A stretch of 64,000 nt of DNA, taken from positions 1-64,000 of the IMG/VR virus record IMGVR_UViG_3300013004_000043; one strand, written 5' to 3'. How positions within the stretch are numbered: the first letter of the stretch is position 1; each line of letters starts with the position of its first letter. Origin of the DNA: an uncultured virus (IMG/VR IMGVR_UViG_3300013004_000043) (lineage: Duplodnaviria; Heunggongvirae; Uroviricota; Caudoviricetes). The notes under the pieces are model-generated. The model searched no databases and was not told where the DNA came from. It saw nothing but the letters and a program-made list of their open reading frames with translations. The translations under genes were made by a program, and so were the position numbers. Positions 49,026 through 59,374 of the stretch are shown piece by piece.

Positions 49026-50849
49026 TTACTTCTTAGGCTTGGAATTTCTAGCCGCAGAACGACCAATAGCCTTAGCGGTTTCAAGACTTTTTGTAGTGCT
49101 AGCTACAAAAGGGTCCGCATCTTCTGCTTCGTCAACCTCAGGCTGCGGGTCGAAGTCAGCCGAAACTTCGTCTTCAAACGATTCAACCTGTTCAAATTGT
49201 TGTACAACGCCGGAGTCGCTTTCGGCATCGTCAGACTCAGCTTCGATTTCACCTTCAGAGTCAAACTCTTCAAAATCCTGCATCAGTTCTTCGGCGTTTG
49301 GCTTAGTTACTTTTGTTGTCGAAGCTTTGGTAGCCTTAGTTTCAATCGCAGGAGCCGGATAGTCTTCACCGGGCTCGTCTGAAGCTGAATCGAAATCGTC
49401 CATCAAACTTTCAGCAAATGCCGCTGCAGGTGCCGGTTTGTTTGCTTTGGTTGAAGTAACCTTGGTAACAGGCGTTTCCTCTTCTTGTTCTTCTTCAGGT
49501 TCAGGCGTGTACTCTGGGATTCGAACTTGTGTTCGATTTCTGAGAACGGCTTTAACCGAGTCAAATTCAAGATAATCGGTGTTACTCATCCAGCAGAGTT
49601 CTACAAGCTTAGGTACAAACTTAAACGCAGTTGCAATCCAAACGCAACGCTCTTCAATTGAAGGCTCATAAAGCAAAAACGAATCTGGGCCGTCTTCGTC
49701 TGAGTCTTTCCAGAAAAACAAATGCTTTGAAGTGATATTGTTTACCTGTTCTTGTGTGAAACCCGGTTTAATCAGACCGTTAGGCCCGACAATTCCAGAG
49801 GACACAGCTGCTTCGTAAAGCGTTACTTGCTCACCGCCTTTGGTGTTCTTGCTTTTCGATGCGGTTTCCGCTGCGTTAAACACGTAAGTTGTGTTTTTCA
49901 GCATCTGCTTGTGGATGGGATCGTTCGGATCAAATGTAAACACATCGGGATTGAAAATATGGAAAAAGCATCCACCGTTAACAATACGCTTTTGTGCGTC
50001 AAATTTACCGCAAGGATCGCCGTATTTGTACATGCACGACGGGTCTACATCAGGGTCCCCCTCGTAGGTCTCCTTGGTTCGAGACATAAGCTCAAGAAGC
50101 TTACGTCCGGTGCTGACCGACAACGTAAACAGCGGAAGCGGATCTTCTGCTGCCTCACCTAAAGGAATGCCATTACGCTCAGCCTCCTTGTCGACTCGCT
50201 TCCCGTTCTTTTCGTAACTCAAATCTTCTCGAACTAGGTCAAGCTTAGGTCCATTGTTGTAAATCGAACCCACGCCAAAATAGATCTGCTTCCACGGCTG
50301 GATAGCCTTGTCCATTTTACTCGCGAGAAGCGAATTCCAATCAGAATCCCATTTTCGATTCGCCGTAAACCTACCGCTTTCGTGCGCGTCTTTGGCAACT
50401 TTACAGAACTTAACGTAAGGTTCTTCCCAAAAGTTAATGCCGTCAACAACGCGTTCCTTGCTGCGTGCAATAATGTAACTAACAGGATTACATTCTTTGG
50501 CATCATGGCCAATAATCTTATCGGTATTTTGGTTGATGCCAGCGTAGTTGCAAACATACACCGGCTCAGAAATCGAAACACCTTCCAGACCAGCTACGTC
50601 GTACTGCGAAGTACGACCGTTTAGAAGCTCGGTCGGGTTTTCTGGATTGAGCATGTTCCAGATACGAATAGACATCGTACCACCCTTCTTGTAGCAGTCG
50701 GGGGTTACAAGCCGCACTTTCTTGGCGTCCTTGTTGATGAAATGGTTGTTTCTAGGGCTCAACCTTGGCCCGTCGTCCGTAGGCAGCAAACTTCTTTGAG
50801 TAGTACTTTTTGCACGCGGTCGCAATCGGTTATTCATTCTTAACTCCAA
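49026..50849 (-). CDS. Putative single-stranded DNA-binding protein
   Basis: Position next to the RecA-like gene and a very acidic C-terminal third; inference only. Confidence 0.4.
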   Translation of the reverse strand: MELRMNNRLRPRAKSTTQRSLLPTDDGPRLSPRNNHFINKDAKKVRLVTPDCYKKGGTMSIRIWNMLNPENPTELLNGRTSQYDVAGLEGVSISEPVYVCNYAGINQNTDKIIGHDAKECNPVSYIIARSKERVVDGINFWEEPYVKFCKVAKDAHESGRFTANRKWDSDWNSLLASKMDKAIQPWKQIYFGVGSIYNNGPKLDLVREDLSYEKNGKRVDKEAERNGIPLGEAAEDPLPLFTLSVSTGRKLLELMSRTKETYEGDPDVDPSCMYKYGDPCGKFDAQKRIVNGGCFFHIFNPDVFTFDPNDPIHKQMLKNTTYVFNAAETASKSKNTKGGEQVTLYEAAVSSGIVGPNGLIKPGFTQEQVNNITSKHLFFWKDSDEDGPDSFLLYEPSIEERCVWIATAFKFVPKLVELCWMSNTDYLEFDSVKAVLRNRTQVRIPEYTPEPEEEQEEETPVTKVTSTKANKPAPAAAFAESLMDDFDSASDEPGEDYPAPAIETKATKASTTKVTKPNAEELMQDFEEFDSEGEIEAESDDAESDSGVVQQFEQVESFEDEVSADFDPQPEVDEAEDADPFVASTTKSLETAKAIGRSAARNSKPKK

Positions 50850-51529
50850 GTCTTAAAACAATTAAATGAAACAATCTCTGACACAATATCAGAAAAACTC
50901 TTTAAACCATCTTCTGTTGCATTGTCTGTGCAATCTACCCGAATAAAACCAGCCGCAGGGTGTAGCCGTTTCATTTCTGAGTAGATGCGTGAAGCATTAT
51001 GCAACAATTCGCGTTTGCTTTCAAGTAGGTCTAGCGTTTTTTTCGTGTATTGCCTTTCTGCTTTTTTGGCAATGTTTACTATCGCTAAATCTACAGGCAT
51101 ATGCAGGAAAACGATGCAGTCTGGTTTTGGTAATCCCATCTGACCGTACTCAAGATTGCAAATCAGCTCAATTATCCCTTCCTCTCGCTCCCTTTCTACC
51201 GCAGCGGCGGCGTAAGCCAAATTACTAGGCACGTAACGATCACAAAAAACAATGTCGTTTTCTTCCAGTGCTTGTTTCAAATCCGGTTTAAAACCAAATC
51301 GTTCCATGGCAAAAAGACTGGCCTGTACCTCTATTGGAAACACGCCAAACTCGCCGTTTAGATATCTGCCAATGATATCGCTCCAGGCGTTGTGTCCGTA
51401 AGCAGGAAACGAAAAAAGCTTTGTCGTTGCCCCTGCCTTTTCAAAATGCTCTCGTAGCAATTTTGTAACGGTACCTTTACCGGAACCGTCTATACCTTCG
51501 ACGCAAATAAGCACGATTACTTTCTCCAA
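50840..51529 (-). CDS. tmk: Thymidylate (dTMP) kinase
   Basis: VEGIDGSGKGT P-loop, FSFPAY, CDRYVPSNLAY, LPKPD. Confidence 0.9.
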   Translation of the reverse strand: MEKVIVLICVEGIDGSGKGTVTKLLREHFEKAGATTKLFSFPAYGHNAWSDIIGRYLNGEFGVFPIEVQASLFAMERFGFKPDLKQALEENDIVFCDRYVPSNLAYAAAAVEREREEGIIELICNLEYGQMGLPKPDCIVFLHMPVDLAIVNIAKKAERQYTKKTLDLLESKRELLHNASRIYSEMKRLHPAAGFIRVDCTDNATEDGLKSFSDIVSEIVSFNCFKTWS

Positions 51530-51564
51530 GGTTTCTTGTCGATCTCACCAAATTGACTAACAAA

Positions 51565-52233
51565 CTAAACGACTTCAATCAGCCGCTGCAGCGTTCCGCA
51601 AGGGTCAAGCGGACGCCAATCAGGCTTACGGCTAGAACCCGTAGTGTACATAACATTACCCGCAGTAGTAGCGACACAGCGTGCCCGGTCACGACTGACA
51701 TTATGCTTATCACTACGAGCAGCAATAGACGCATTATCTGCAGCTCTGGCTGCAGCTGTAGCCGCAAACCAAGCCCCGGTAACAGTAGAACTCGAAACAG
51801 ACGCTGCCCTAGCCGCCGCAATGGCAGCATCTGCATTTTTTTCGTTAAGCATCACCCGCCACGGACCGCCGAAACAAAAAATGTCAGCTTCAGACTGAGC
51901 ACGAGGAAGAACCGAGTTCCACATCCAATCTAAAAGCAACTCCAACCGTTCTTTTTCTTTTTTTCGACCTGTGCCAGCCGCTAGAGGAAGCAAAGACTTC
52001 CATTGGCGGCTGTTTCGAATATATGCAGGTATCGCGTCTTGAATCGAAATAATCCAATGACCTATTACCTCGCTCATACAGGCTGGAATGCCATCGTGCA
52101 ATTCACCGGTCAAAGCTAGATTTATCGCCGCAATCGAGCACGCCGATTCATACGATCCAAGTCCCGCGCAAAGCTCCATGCCTTGTACCTTATTTTCAAT
52201 CGCCTTAAATTGGTCCTGTGTTAAATTTTTCAT
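51565..52233 (-). CDS. Conserved phage hypothetical protein, Ala-rich
   Basis: CSIAAINLALTG..CMSEVIG.WII.IQD..LLPLAAGT pattern. Confidence 0.65.
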   Translation of the reverse strand: MKNLTQDQFKAIENKVQGMELCAGLGSYESACSIAAINLALTGELHDGIPACMSEVIGHWIISIQDAIPAYIRNSRQWKSLLPLAAGTGRKKEKERLELLLDWMWNSVLPRAQSEADIFCFGGPWRVMLNEKNADAAIAAARAASVSSSTVTGAWFAATAAARAADNASIAARSDKHNVSRDRARCVATTAGNVMYTTGSSRKPDWRPLDPCGTLQRLIEVV

Positions 52234-55200
52234 TTTTTTCGCCTTTGTTCGTAAGGTGGTGGTGGGGTCATATCACGTTTAAGTCTGGGTTTTGTGTTAA
52301 AAACCACGGACCTGTCGTCACCAGCTTTAGCCGGTTCACTGTAATGAAAAACGCAGCCTTCGACAATGCCCTGGCCCAACGGTAAACCGTATTTTTTTGC
52401 TTCAGTATCCGTTACTTTCTCGCCCCAGTGCGTCATGACCTCACCTTCAATTCCAAGATAATAGGGTCCTGAACCTGTGGGCTCACCCTCCCTGTCGCCG
52501 GAAATGTAAGTTGGATAAATCGGAACTGATTTTCGCATGTAAGTCGGCAGCACGTACTCGCAAACATGTTTGACATATTTGTACGGCACCTCAAGCAAGA
52601 TCGCATCGTGAACCTGCAGCAAAAGCCTGAACATATCGTGTCCTTGTTTTCGCTGCTTGTCGCGATAATCCATGATGTAGCCTAGCGCTCGGCTTACTAC
52701 GGAAGCAATCATGCTTTGGATTGGAAAGTTCATGGCTTGTCGTTCAAACTCAGCTGCAAGATCACTTGCACCCGAGCTGTCTGGAAACCGTCTAAACCGT
52801 CCAAAGCAATTGCAAAGATATCGTGGCACTTCAACTGGTTGTTGATTTTCATCCAGGTAATAGCCGCGAGCTCTTTCCTTGCAACCTTCAAAAAACGGAA
52901 CAAGGGCTGGGTACGTGTTGAAGATAGTTTTAATTACGGCTTTAGCTTCATCTACCGTAATGTCAATACCTTCCTCTTTTGCGGCGATCGAGATAGCCTT
53001 GGCTCCTCGCCCGTAAGCAATACCGAAAATAACAGACTTGGCTACAATGCGTAGGTGTGTTTTTTCAATGGACTTAAGCCCTGTTTTAGTGGGGGCACAC
53101 TTCAGCCTAAACGCATTAACAGCTACATTTGAATGTATGTCGTAAAAATCAGGATGATTCTCTGGTAGCTGATTACGCTTAGCATGGTCAATCATGTTAA
53201 CATCGCCAGCCATGACCGCCATTCCAAAAAGTTCAGCGCCGACATAGTCCGCCTCAACAAGCACATAACCTGGCGAGGCTTTCAACAAGCTTCTTAGTTT
53301 GTATTTGTACCTAGATTTAAGCAGCCGTTTGAAGTCGTCGTCGCGTTTTTTGGATATATTTTGAAGATTAGGCCTGGCACTTGACCATCGACCTGTTTCC
53401 TTAGTTTGATATATGTGCGTTCGTACTTTTCCGTCCGAGCAACAAGCCGCGGCTAGCCCTTTATCGTACTCCATGTTGCCGTCGTCGTCGTAACAAACTT
53501 CTTTAGTGTCCTCATCGATTGAGGGTGGCCGTAAAACCGTTTTTAACGCTTGATCCAGGAAACGATAATCTCGGATCAATCTAAGCAACGCTTGCTTATT
53601 TTCGTCCTTTATCTCCTGTGCAAGGATAGGAAGAATCTTATTGCTGGTAGACGGATTATGTTGGCTTTCGACTCCTTTTTGTCTGATCTCCTCCCATGGT
53701 TTAGGCGGTTTGCTTGTGTCGTAAAGCGGCATCAAATTCAACGATTTGGCGTCCGCAGGTCTAACCCTAACCGGTGCTCCAGTTTCTTTGTCTCGTTTGC
53801 CGTTTAGTTGGTGCCCAAACAAAGCTTCTCGAAGATGAACAAGAGACCTGATATTAAAATCAGGCCAGTTAAAACTCTTTCGAATCTTTGCTTCGATTTC
53901 GTTTCTACCGTCTACAAATTGCACCGTCAAAAAGTCGACTCTGGCTTTATCGAGTGTTATGCCGTTTCGGTGAATATCCAAAACAGCAGGCGTGGCTATT
54001 TGAGATTCCCAGAAAGCTTCACGGCAGCAGTTACCGTCGTAGTCGCTATCAAGCATGGGATTGAACTTGTAGTACAGCCTAAGTGTGACGTCCGCGTCCC
54101 ACATGCCATAAGGTAAAAGCGTTTCGTTTGGACATTCGCCGTAACCTTCCAGCTCTTCAGACGACAGCCCGTGCTTTTTACAGTACGTTGTTTTCCACTC
54201 CTGCAACGCCGTATCGTACCTTGGAGCGTTTAAGTAACGAGCTGCGAGCAGCTCAAGCTTGTATTGAGCTGTCTCCTCAATTGCGTGACACATAAGTCCC
54301 GTGTCTGCCCCGCCTTCGTACTTAGTTCGGTACCAAGCAGGAACAGTAGAACCAGGCTCAAAACCGTCAGCAAAATAGGCATTAAATAATGCCTTACTGC
54401 CTTTTGGTAGCTTGTCTAATTGCGGTAGCTCGAGATCGTAAAGCTTACATGAAAAACACTCCTGAATGTCAATACCGTATCCAACTAGCCACTCCAAGTC
54501 AGCGTTAAAGAAATGCCCGACAACCCGCTTTCGTTTAAATTGTAAATCAAGCTTTTGTCCGTCTTCGCGTGTAACTGTTACCTTACCACCTTTGAAAAAA
54601 GTAGTCAGAAGAGCAGCTATCTCTGGATCGTTTAAAACGTCCAGTTCCTCGTTTATCGCACCGCCTGCGTGATGCAGAATAATACCGATAGCTTTTTTAG
54701 GTTTCCAAGCTAGCTGTATAGTTCGCATGTAGGAGCCTTTGTTAACCCCGTGCGAACCGTGCCATTCTGCGTCGACCGCAATAACTTCTTCGATCGAAAT
54801 GTACTCTTTATCTATTTCAGTCAAGTAGTAAATCAGCTCGTCAACTGTACTAACTACATTGTGCTGAACGGTCGTATCGAAGCTTACGTCTTTGCCGCTT
54901 GTGAGATTTACAAACGAAGCAATTCCAGTTTCTAAAGATCTAATTGCAGACTGATCTCTGATAGTTTGCCGTGGATGCACAACAGTCATCACGGCAGCTT
55001 CTGACCAGCTATCCGCTACGCTCTCTTTATCTAACGCTGTGTTGTATTTGTACTTGACGACTTTACCTAGCATTTCGTTGACGCCGTGTCCGTCGCCAAG
55101 AAGAGCCTTACTTGCGTCAGTTCCAAGACAAAGAATAAAATCCGGTCTAACTATTTTGATCTCGTGAGCAAGTAGATAAGCACCGTCTTTTACCCACTGC

Positions 55201-55733
55201 GCTCTAAACGTCGTTTTACCGTTTGGAGGCATAAACTTCACAAGATTGGTAACATAAATGCTACCAATGTTAGGAAGCTTAAACTGCTCAAAAAGTTTGA
55301 GCAACATTAAGCCGTCTTCGTCCGCAAAGCACCGTTTTTGATTAAGGGCCGCACCCCATGGATTTTTGTTAATGATCATTATCTTGGCCGGTCGAGGGCC
55401 AGCAACGTCAGCCCCCCACAAGTGCCCAGGAAGAAACTTTACGTCTTTCGTTTGATGTGATGCTATTTCTACCGGCAAAACAAACGAAGAGTCTCGCAAA
55501 GCACTGCGGATAAGCTCGTACATAAACGAGTCACTAGCGTCGCCTCTCGCTTCAGCGTGTTGTGTAAAAGCACTTCCACCGTAAAGCGTAGGTAGTTCCG
55601 GCGAATCTAAAGGATAAATTGCAGAACTAGTTCTAATTTCTGCTAACTTGTTCAGCTTGAATTGCTGTGACTTGACATTAGAACGATTAAGAACGTTTAC
55701 CGTCCCACCTAGTTTTTGTATTTTTCTAGCCAT
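52230..55733 (-). CDS. Family A DNA polymerase with N-terminal UDG-like domain and 3'-5' exonuclease
   Basis: UDG4-like YVTNLVK..PP, RPDFILCLG, VHP; exonuclease VDAE/NAD/YGMWD; polymerase TGRWSS..PNLQNI, ADY, RIVAKSVIFGIAYG, NFPIQS, QVHD. Confidence 0.92.
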   Translation of the reverse strand: MARKIQKLGGTVNVLNRSNVKSQQFKLNKLAEIRTSSAIYPLDSPELPTLYGGSAFTQHAEARGDASDSFMYELIRSALRDSSFVLPVEIASHQTKDVKFLPGHLWGADVAGPRPAKIMIINKNPWGAALNQKRCFADEDGLMLLKLFEQFKLPNIGSIYVTNLVKFMPPNGKTTFRAQWVKDGAYLLAHEIKIVRPDFILCLGTDASKALLGDGHGVNEMLGKVVKYKYNTALDKESVADSWSEAAVMTVVHPRQTIRDQSAIRSLETGIASFVNLTSGKDVSFDTTVQHNVVSTVDELIYYLTEIDKEYISIEEVIAVDAEWHGSHGVNKGSYMRTIQLAWKPKKAIGIILHHAGGAINEELDVLNDPEIAALLTTFFKGGKVTVTREDGQKLDLQFKRKRVVGHFFNADLEWLVGYGIDIQECFSCKLYDLELPQLDKLPKGSKALFNAYFADGFEPGSTVPAWYRTKYEGGADTGLMCHAIEETAQYKLELLAARYLNAPRYDTALQEWKTTYCKKHGLSSEELEGYGECPNETLLPYGMWDADVTLRLYYKFNPMLDSDYDGNCCREAFWESQIATPAVLDIHRNGITLDKARVDFLTVQFVDGRNEIEAKIRKSFNWPDFNIRSLVHLREALFGHQLNGKRDKETGAPVRVRPADAKSLNLMPLYDTSKPPKPWEEIRQKGVESQHNPSTSNKILPILAQEIKDENKQALLRLIRDYRFLDQALKTVLRPPSIDEDTKEVCYDDDGNMEYDKGLAAACCSDGKVRTHIYQTKETGRWSSARPNLQNISKKRDDDFKRLLKSRYKYKLRSLLKASPGYVLVEADYVGAELFGMAVMAGDVNMIDHAKRNQLPENHPDFYDIHSNVAVNAFRLKCAPTKTGLKSIEKTHLRIVAKSVIFGIAYGRGAKAISIAAKEEGIDITVDEAKAVIKTIFNTYPALVPFFEGCKERARGYYLDENQQPVEVPRYLCNCFGRFRRFPDSSGASDLAAEFERQAMNFPIQSMIASVVSRALGYIMDYRDKQRKQGHDMFRLLLQVHDAILLEVPYKYVKHVCEYVLPTYMRKSVPIYPTYISGDREGEPTGSGPYYLGIEGEVMTHWGEKVTDTEAKKYGLPLGQGIVEGCVFHYSEPAKAGDDRSVVFNTKPRLKRDMTPPPPYEQRRKK

Positions 55734-56826
55734 CTATCTTCTTCCAAGAAACTTTGACACCTTGTTTAGCCGCTTCACTGGCAATGTAGTCGTAAAGAAA
55801 AGCTTGCTCAAAATCAGCCGGGTCGGTGTCGTCCGGCAACCATACCGAACAACAACCACCAGCTAATTCTGCTTTTAGCCGTTTTTCTGTTTCCATTAAA
55901 TTTTCAAGTACTTTAGCTTTTTCTGCGTCTTTACGTACGTCTGGGTCGAGCAAAAATACAACGGAATGATTTTTAAAACTGGCTGCCAGCAGTTCAAACT
56001 GCTTTGTGGTAACAGACGCACCAAGTATTGCACCAAACGAGTCGCCGCCCCGCCAAACACTGGTAACACCCTCAACAACAATTCCGGTTTCACGTTTTCT
56101 CATGTTACCAAAATTATAAATTACTTGTCGTTTAGGTGTTCCTCTTGCGGTGTAGTATTTAGGAACGCTTGCCAGTTTCCAATCGATGTCAAAAGGAGCT
56201 CTAGCTTGAAATCCAACCATCTTTTTGTTCATGTAGATCGGAATAATTATACGTTTACGGCACAAAGCATGACTACTGTTTTCGCACCAGTGCACGTTAT
56301 AATAAACACCAAGCTTTTTTACATCGAATCCACGAATACTAGTCAACCAAACAACAGCTTGGTGATCTTGAGGTAATTTGTCTATTCGAACAACTTCTCC
56401 GGGCCAGCTCATTCTAAATGAATCAAGATCTACTTCTTTACCCTCTACGACTTCCGCTTTTGTTAAATCAAAAAGTTTATGCCCGGTAAGCATCACTTCA
56501 AGCCGATCGTAACATTCTTGTTTTTTTAGCGATAGCGGACAACCTGCGTTAAAACAAACAACAAGCCTGTTTTGTATTCTCTGATACTCATCGACTGTTC
56601 CATATCTGTGATTAATCAAACATCGAAATCGCGTGTCGTTGCAAAACGGGCAGCAGACGGCGTAAGTCTCCCCCCAGTTTTGAATGTCAACTGTTTCTTT
56701 GTTAGTTAAAAAATCAATGCGACGCTTTCGTTCTTGTTTCTCGCTTGAATTTCCTATTCTTACGTTTTTGAAAGTCGCTTTAATTCTGTTGTAAAGAAGT
56801 AAATTTAAAGGTTTGTCTGCCATCAT
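55726..56826 (-). CDS. DNA primase (Zn finger plus TOPRIM)
   Basis: CPFC..CFNAGC, RIIIPI..VGFQAR, PKY, VVEG, LDPD, DPAD. Confidence 0.85.
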   Translation of the reverse strand: MMADKPLNLLLYNRIKATFKNVRIGNSSEKQERKRRIDFLTNKETVDIQNWGETYAVCCPFCNDTRFRCLINHRYGTVDEYQRIQNRLVVCFNAGCPLSLKKQECYDRLEVMLTGHKLFDLTKAEVVEGKEVDLDSFRMSWPGEVVRIDKLPQDHQAVVWLTSIRGFDVKKLGVYYNVHWCENSSHALCRKRIIIPIYMNKKMVGFQARAPFDIDWKLASVPKYYTARGTPKRQVIYNFGNMRKRETGIVVEGVTSVWRGGDSFGAILGASVTTKQFELLAASFKNHSVVFLLDPDVRKDAEKAKVLENLMETEKRLKAELAGGCCSVWLPDDTDPADFEQAFLYDYIASEAAKQGVKVSWKKIDG

Positions 56827-58520
56827 GTCTGCTCTTGTGTTTCATTTGCTTCGTCATAGGAATTGTTAAAATCAAATTCGTCATCGACATCAGAACCATC
56901 AGCTTCCGTATTTTCTTCAATACTTGGTATAAACCCATCAATCGGTGGTGCAACAATTTGACTGTCAGCAATACTTTCTTTTCGAACTATTCGACCAAGT
57001 CTGTCAATTGTGTAACCTTCGGGCGACGTCACAGTGTTAAATAGGCCATCTACTTTAAGAAGAACAGGATTGTGTTTTCCAGCTCGTCGCTGCTTAGAAC
57101 AAGTAAGCTGACCCATGTAGTCGTCATTTAACCTACTACCTGCAAAACAGAAAGCGAAGTTTTCTCCGAAGCTTTTTGAACCTTTTGCCTGTGTGTGATC
57201 CATTCGTTTTGCTGGATTTAAGATAGCGTTGGCTTCGCCCGATAATTGATGAAAGGCCCAAACAGGGGTGTTAAAAGGCATAGCAATCCTGTTAACAAGG
57301 TTTAAGCCAGCTAGCTGATACAAAACGTCTTCCCTTTGTCTTTGCTTCGGGTCAACCGTCACATCTCGCTGTACCATCAAGCCTACATAGTCCAAAATAA
57401 CGGTAGCTACAAAATAATCAGGACCACATCGCTTTAATTCCGTTTTTATAGCCGAAGCTATCTCAGGAACACCGCGGTTTCCGGCAGTCTTGAACTTCTC
57501 GTGTCTACCGGTAAAGTCGAGGCAAACAGTGTGCTCGTTAACAATCGGCAAAACACGTTGGTACCTTTGCATTTCAGGTTCAAATACACCGTTGGCAATC
57601 TGCTCCTTAAAAAGTACTTTTTCGTAATCGTTTGGTTGTTCTGGATCAGTGCCGAATATTGAAACACCGTTGGTTCCCATCACTTGCAATCGTGTGCGAG
57701 ATATTTGAGCTGAGTACATCAGCAACCTATCTCGAAGTTCGTTTTGCAGTGGAGCCTCGTAGGAAACTAAAACAGCCAAACCTTTTTTACCGTTCGATTC
57801 ACCGCTTAAAAACCTAGCAAAAGCTTGTTTCGCAGCCGCGTACCACAGCATTACAGCCAGCGTGGTCTTGTACGAACCAAACGGAGCTAAAATAGCGTAC
57901 GCTTCACCCGGAGCCGTACCGCTGTCAAGAAACGTATCAAGAAAACCAATACCGCACGATGTCAAACTTACATTTGCACGCTGATCCCAGCCGTCGGGCA
58001 AAGTTAAATTTCTACCGCCAGATATCGACAAGCCCATCAACGACTCAGTCTGTGCTGATGCTTGCTCGAAGATAGCAGGTAACTGCCCTATATCATCTAG
58101 GTCCCGTAGCTTGGCTATTGCAAGCTTCTTTTGCTGCTCGAGCAAAAACTTAGTCGCAAACTTGAAAGCAAACGATTCTGACTTTGAACTCTTTGGACCT
58201 TCTTGATCTTTAAACAAGTCAGGATCGAAGGCGTAGTAAAGAAAATCGTCTAGCTCGTCGTACTCTTCGGTATCTAGTTCCAAAAAGCCTTTTTCAATAT
58301 AGCTAGCGACATCCGCATTAATCTGCGAAAGCTCAGGAAGACAGTTGTTTTCGTTAAAATAATCCCAAACCACTTTGTAAAGTAACTGATACCCTACAAA
58401 ATCAAAATGACCCGCAGTCAGGCTCGATCTGAAACTTTCAAATACCTGTTCGTTTCTGAACAGAATTGCCAGAAAAAGTTTCAAGTGAGCGTCTGACAGC
58501 GTCGATTGCTGCCCACTCAT
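56823..58520 (-). CDS. DnaB-like replicative helicase
   Basis: APFGSYKTT Walker A, SYE, ILDY Walker B, HQLS, KQRR; adjacent to the primase. Confidence 0.8.
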   Translation of the reverse strand: MSGQQSTLSDAHLKLFLAILFRNEQVFESFRSSLTAGHFDFVGYQLLYKVVWDYFNENNCLPELSQINADVASYIEKGFLELDTEEYDELDDFLYYAFDPDLFKDQEGPKSSKSESFAFKFATKFLLEQQKKLAIAKLRDLDDIGQLPAIFEQASAQTESLMGLSISGGRNLTLPDGWDQRANVSLTSCGIGFLDTFLDSGTAPGEAYAILAPFGSYKTTLAVMLWYAAAKQAFARFLSGESNGKKGLAVLVSYEAPLQNELRDRLLMYSAQISRTRLQVMGTNGVSIFGTDPEQPNDYEKVLFKEQIANGVFEPEMQRYQRVLPIVNEHTVCLDFTGRHEKFKTAGNRGVPEIASAIKTELKRCGPDYFVATVILDYVGLMVQRDVTVDPKQRQREDVLYQLAGLNLVNRIAMPFNTPVWAFHQLSGEANAILNPAKRMDHTQAKGSKSFGENFAFCFAGSRLNDDYMGQLTCSKQRRAGKHNPVLLKVDGLFNTVTSPEGYTIDRLGRIVRKESIADSQIVAPPIDGFIPSIEENTEADGSDVDDEFDFNNSYDEANETQEQT

Positions 58521-58531
58521 GACGATTTCCT

Positions 58532-59374
58532 TTAAGCGTCTCTGGCTGATTCAACCAAAGACAAAGCCAATTTTTTAAACCTTGAAGACAAACTAGCACC
58601 GTAAACCGAATTGTAAATTTCCGGAAAAACAGTGTAGTCAAAAGCCGCCAAAAATTCTAAATCGTCTGCGTACTGTTGCATACGCAAAAGAATAGAATCT
58701 AAGTTCACATCGGCTTTACGCTTGTCTTCTTCCGCTTGAAGTGTACTGACCGCTAAACAATAACGAAAAAGCGGCGATAACTCCAAACGAACATCAAGTA
58801 AAGAACAATATACAGCTGAAGCCATAGGCTGCCTAGCCCCTGCGGCTGCAGATGTTCGAAGAAGTATTTCAGTTTTTGCTCTGTGTGAATCCGCTATAAA
58901 TTTTGCCTGCACACGTCTAAAAGCGTCTTTAGCAAAATCCGCGACGACTGTTGCGTTATTTTGAGATGCCAATTGCAAAACAGTCGGCGTTGGTAACGAA
59001 CTAGATCGCAACGAATAAAACAAAATCCGCACGTATTCAATAGGTGTTTTAGGTTTTGAAATATCCGCCACCTTCTGATAAGCAACCAACCACTGGTTCT
59101 TTTTTGGCTTTTCTTCTGGTGTGTTGTAACGGTTACCACCGTCCAAGCTTTTAGCTGGATTGTAAACTTGCGAGGCAGAACTGAGCCTACACAAATCCAA
59201 AACACGACGCTCAAGTACGTAAGTTTTCTTAAAAAGATCTACGTAGACTGGAATTTCCGGTTGGTCGCTGAAAGTGACGCAGGCAGGCCTAGCTGTCGCT
59301 GACGGTTTAGGCTGCTTTGAAAATGTCATTCGTATTCCTTCTCCAGCTGTGGATTTTGAAACTTCTGTCTCCAA
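58532..59374 (-). CDS. Hypothetical protein in the replication module
   Basis: ORF between the two helicases; start probably MTFSKQ (59329). Confidence 0.6.
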   Translation of the reverse strand: METEVSKSTAGEGIRMTFSKQPKPSATARPACVTFSDQPEIPVYVDLFKKTYVLERRVLDLCRLSSASQVYNPAKSLDGGNRYNTPEEKPKKNQWLVAYQKVADISKPKTPIEYVRILFYSLRSSSLPTPTVLQLASQNNATVVADFAKDAFRRVQAKFIADSHRAKTEILLRTSAAAGARQPMASAVYCSLLDVRLELSPLFRYCLAVSTLQAEEDKRKADVNLDSILLRMQQYADDLEFLAAFDYTVFPEIYNSVYGASLSSRFKKLALSLVESARDA

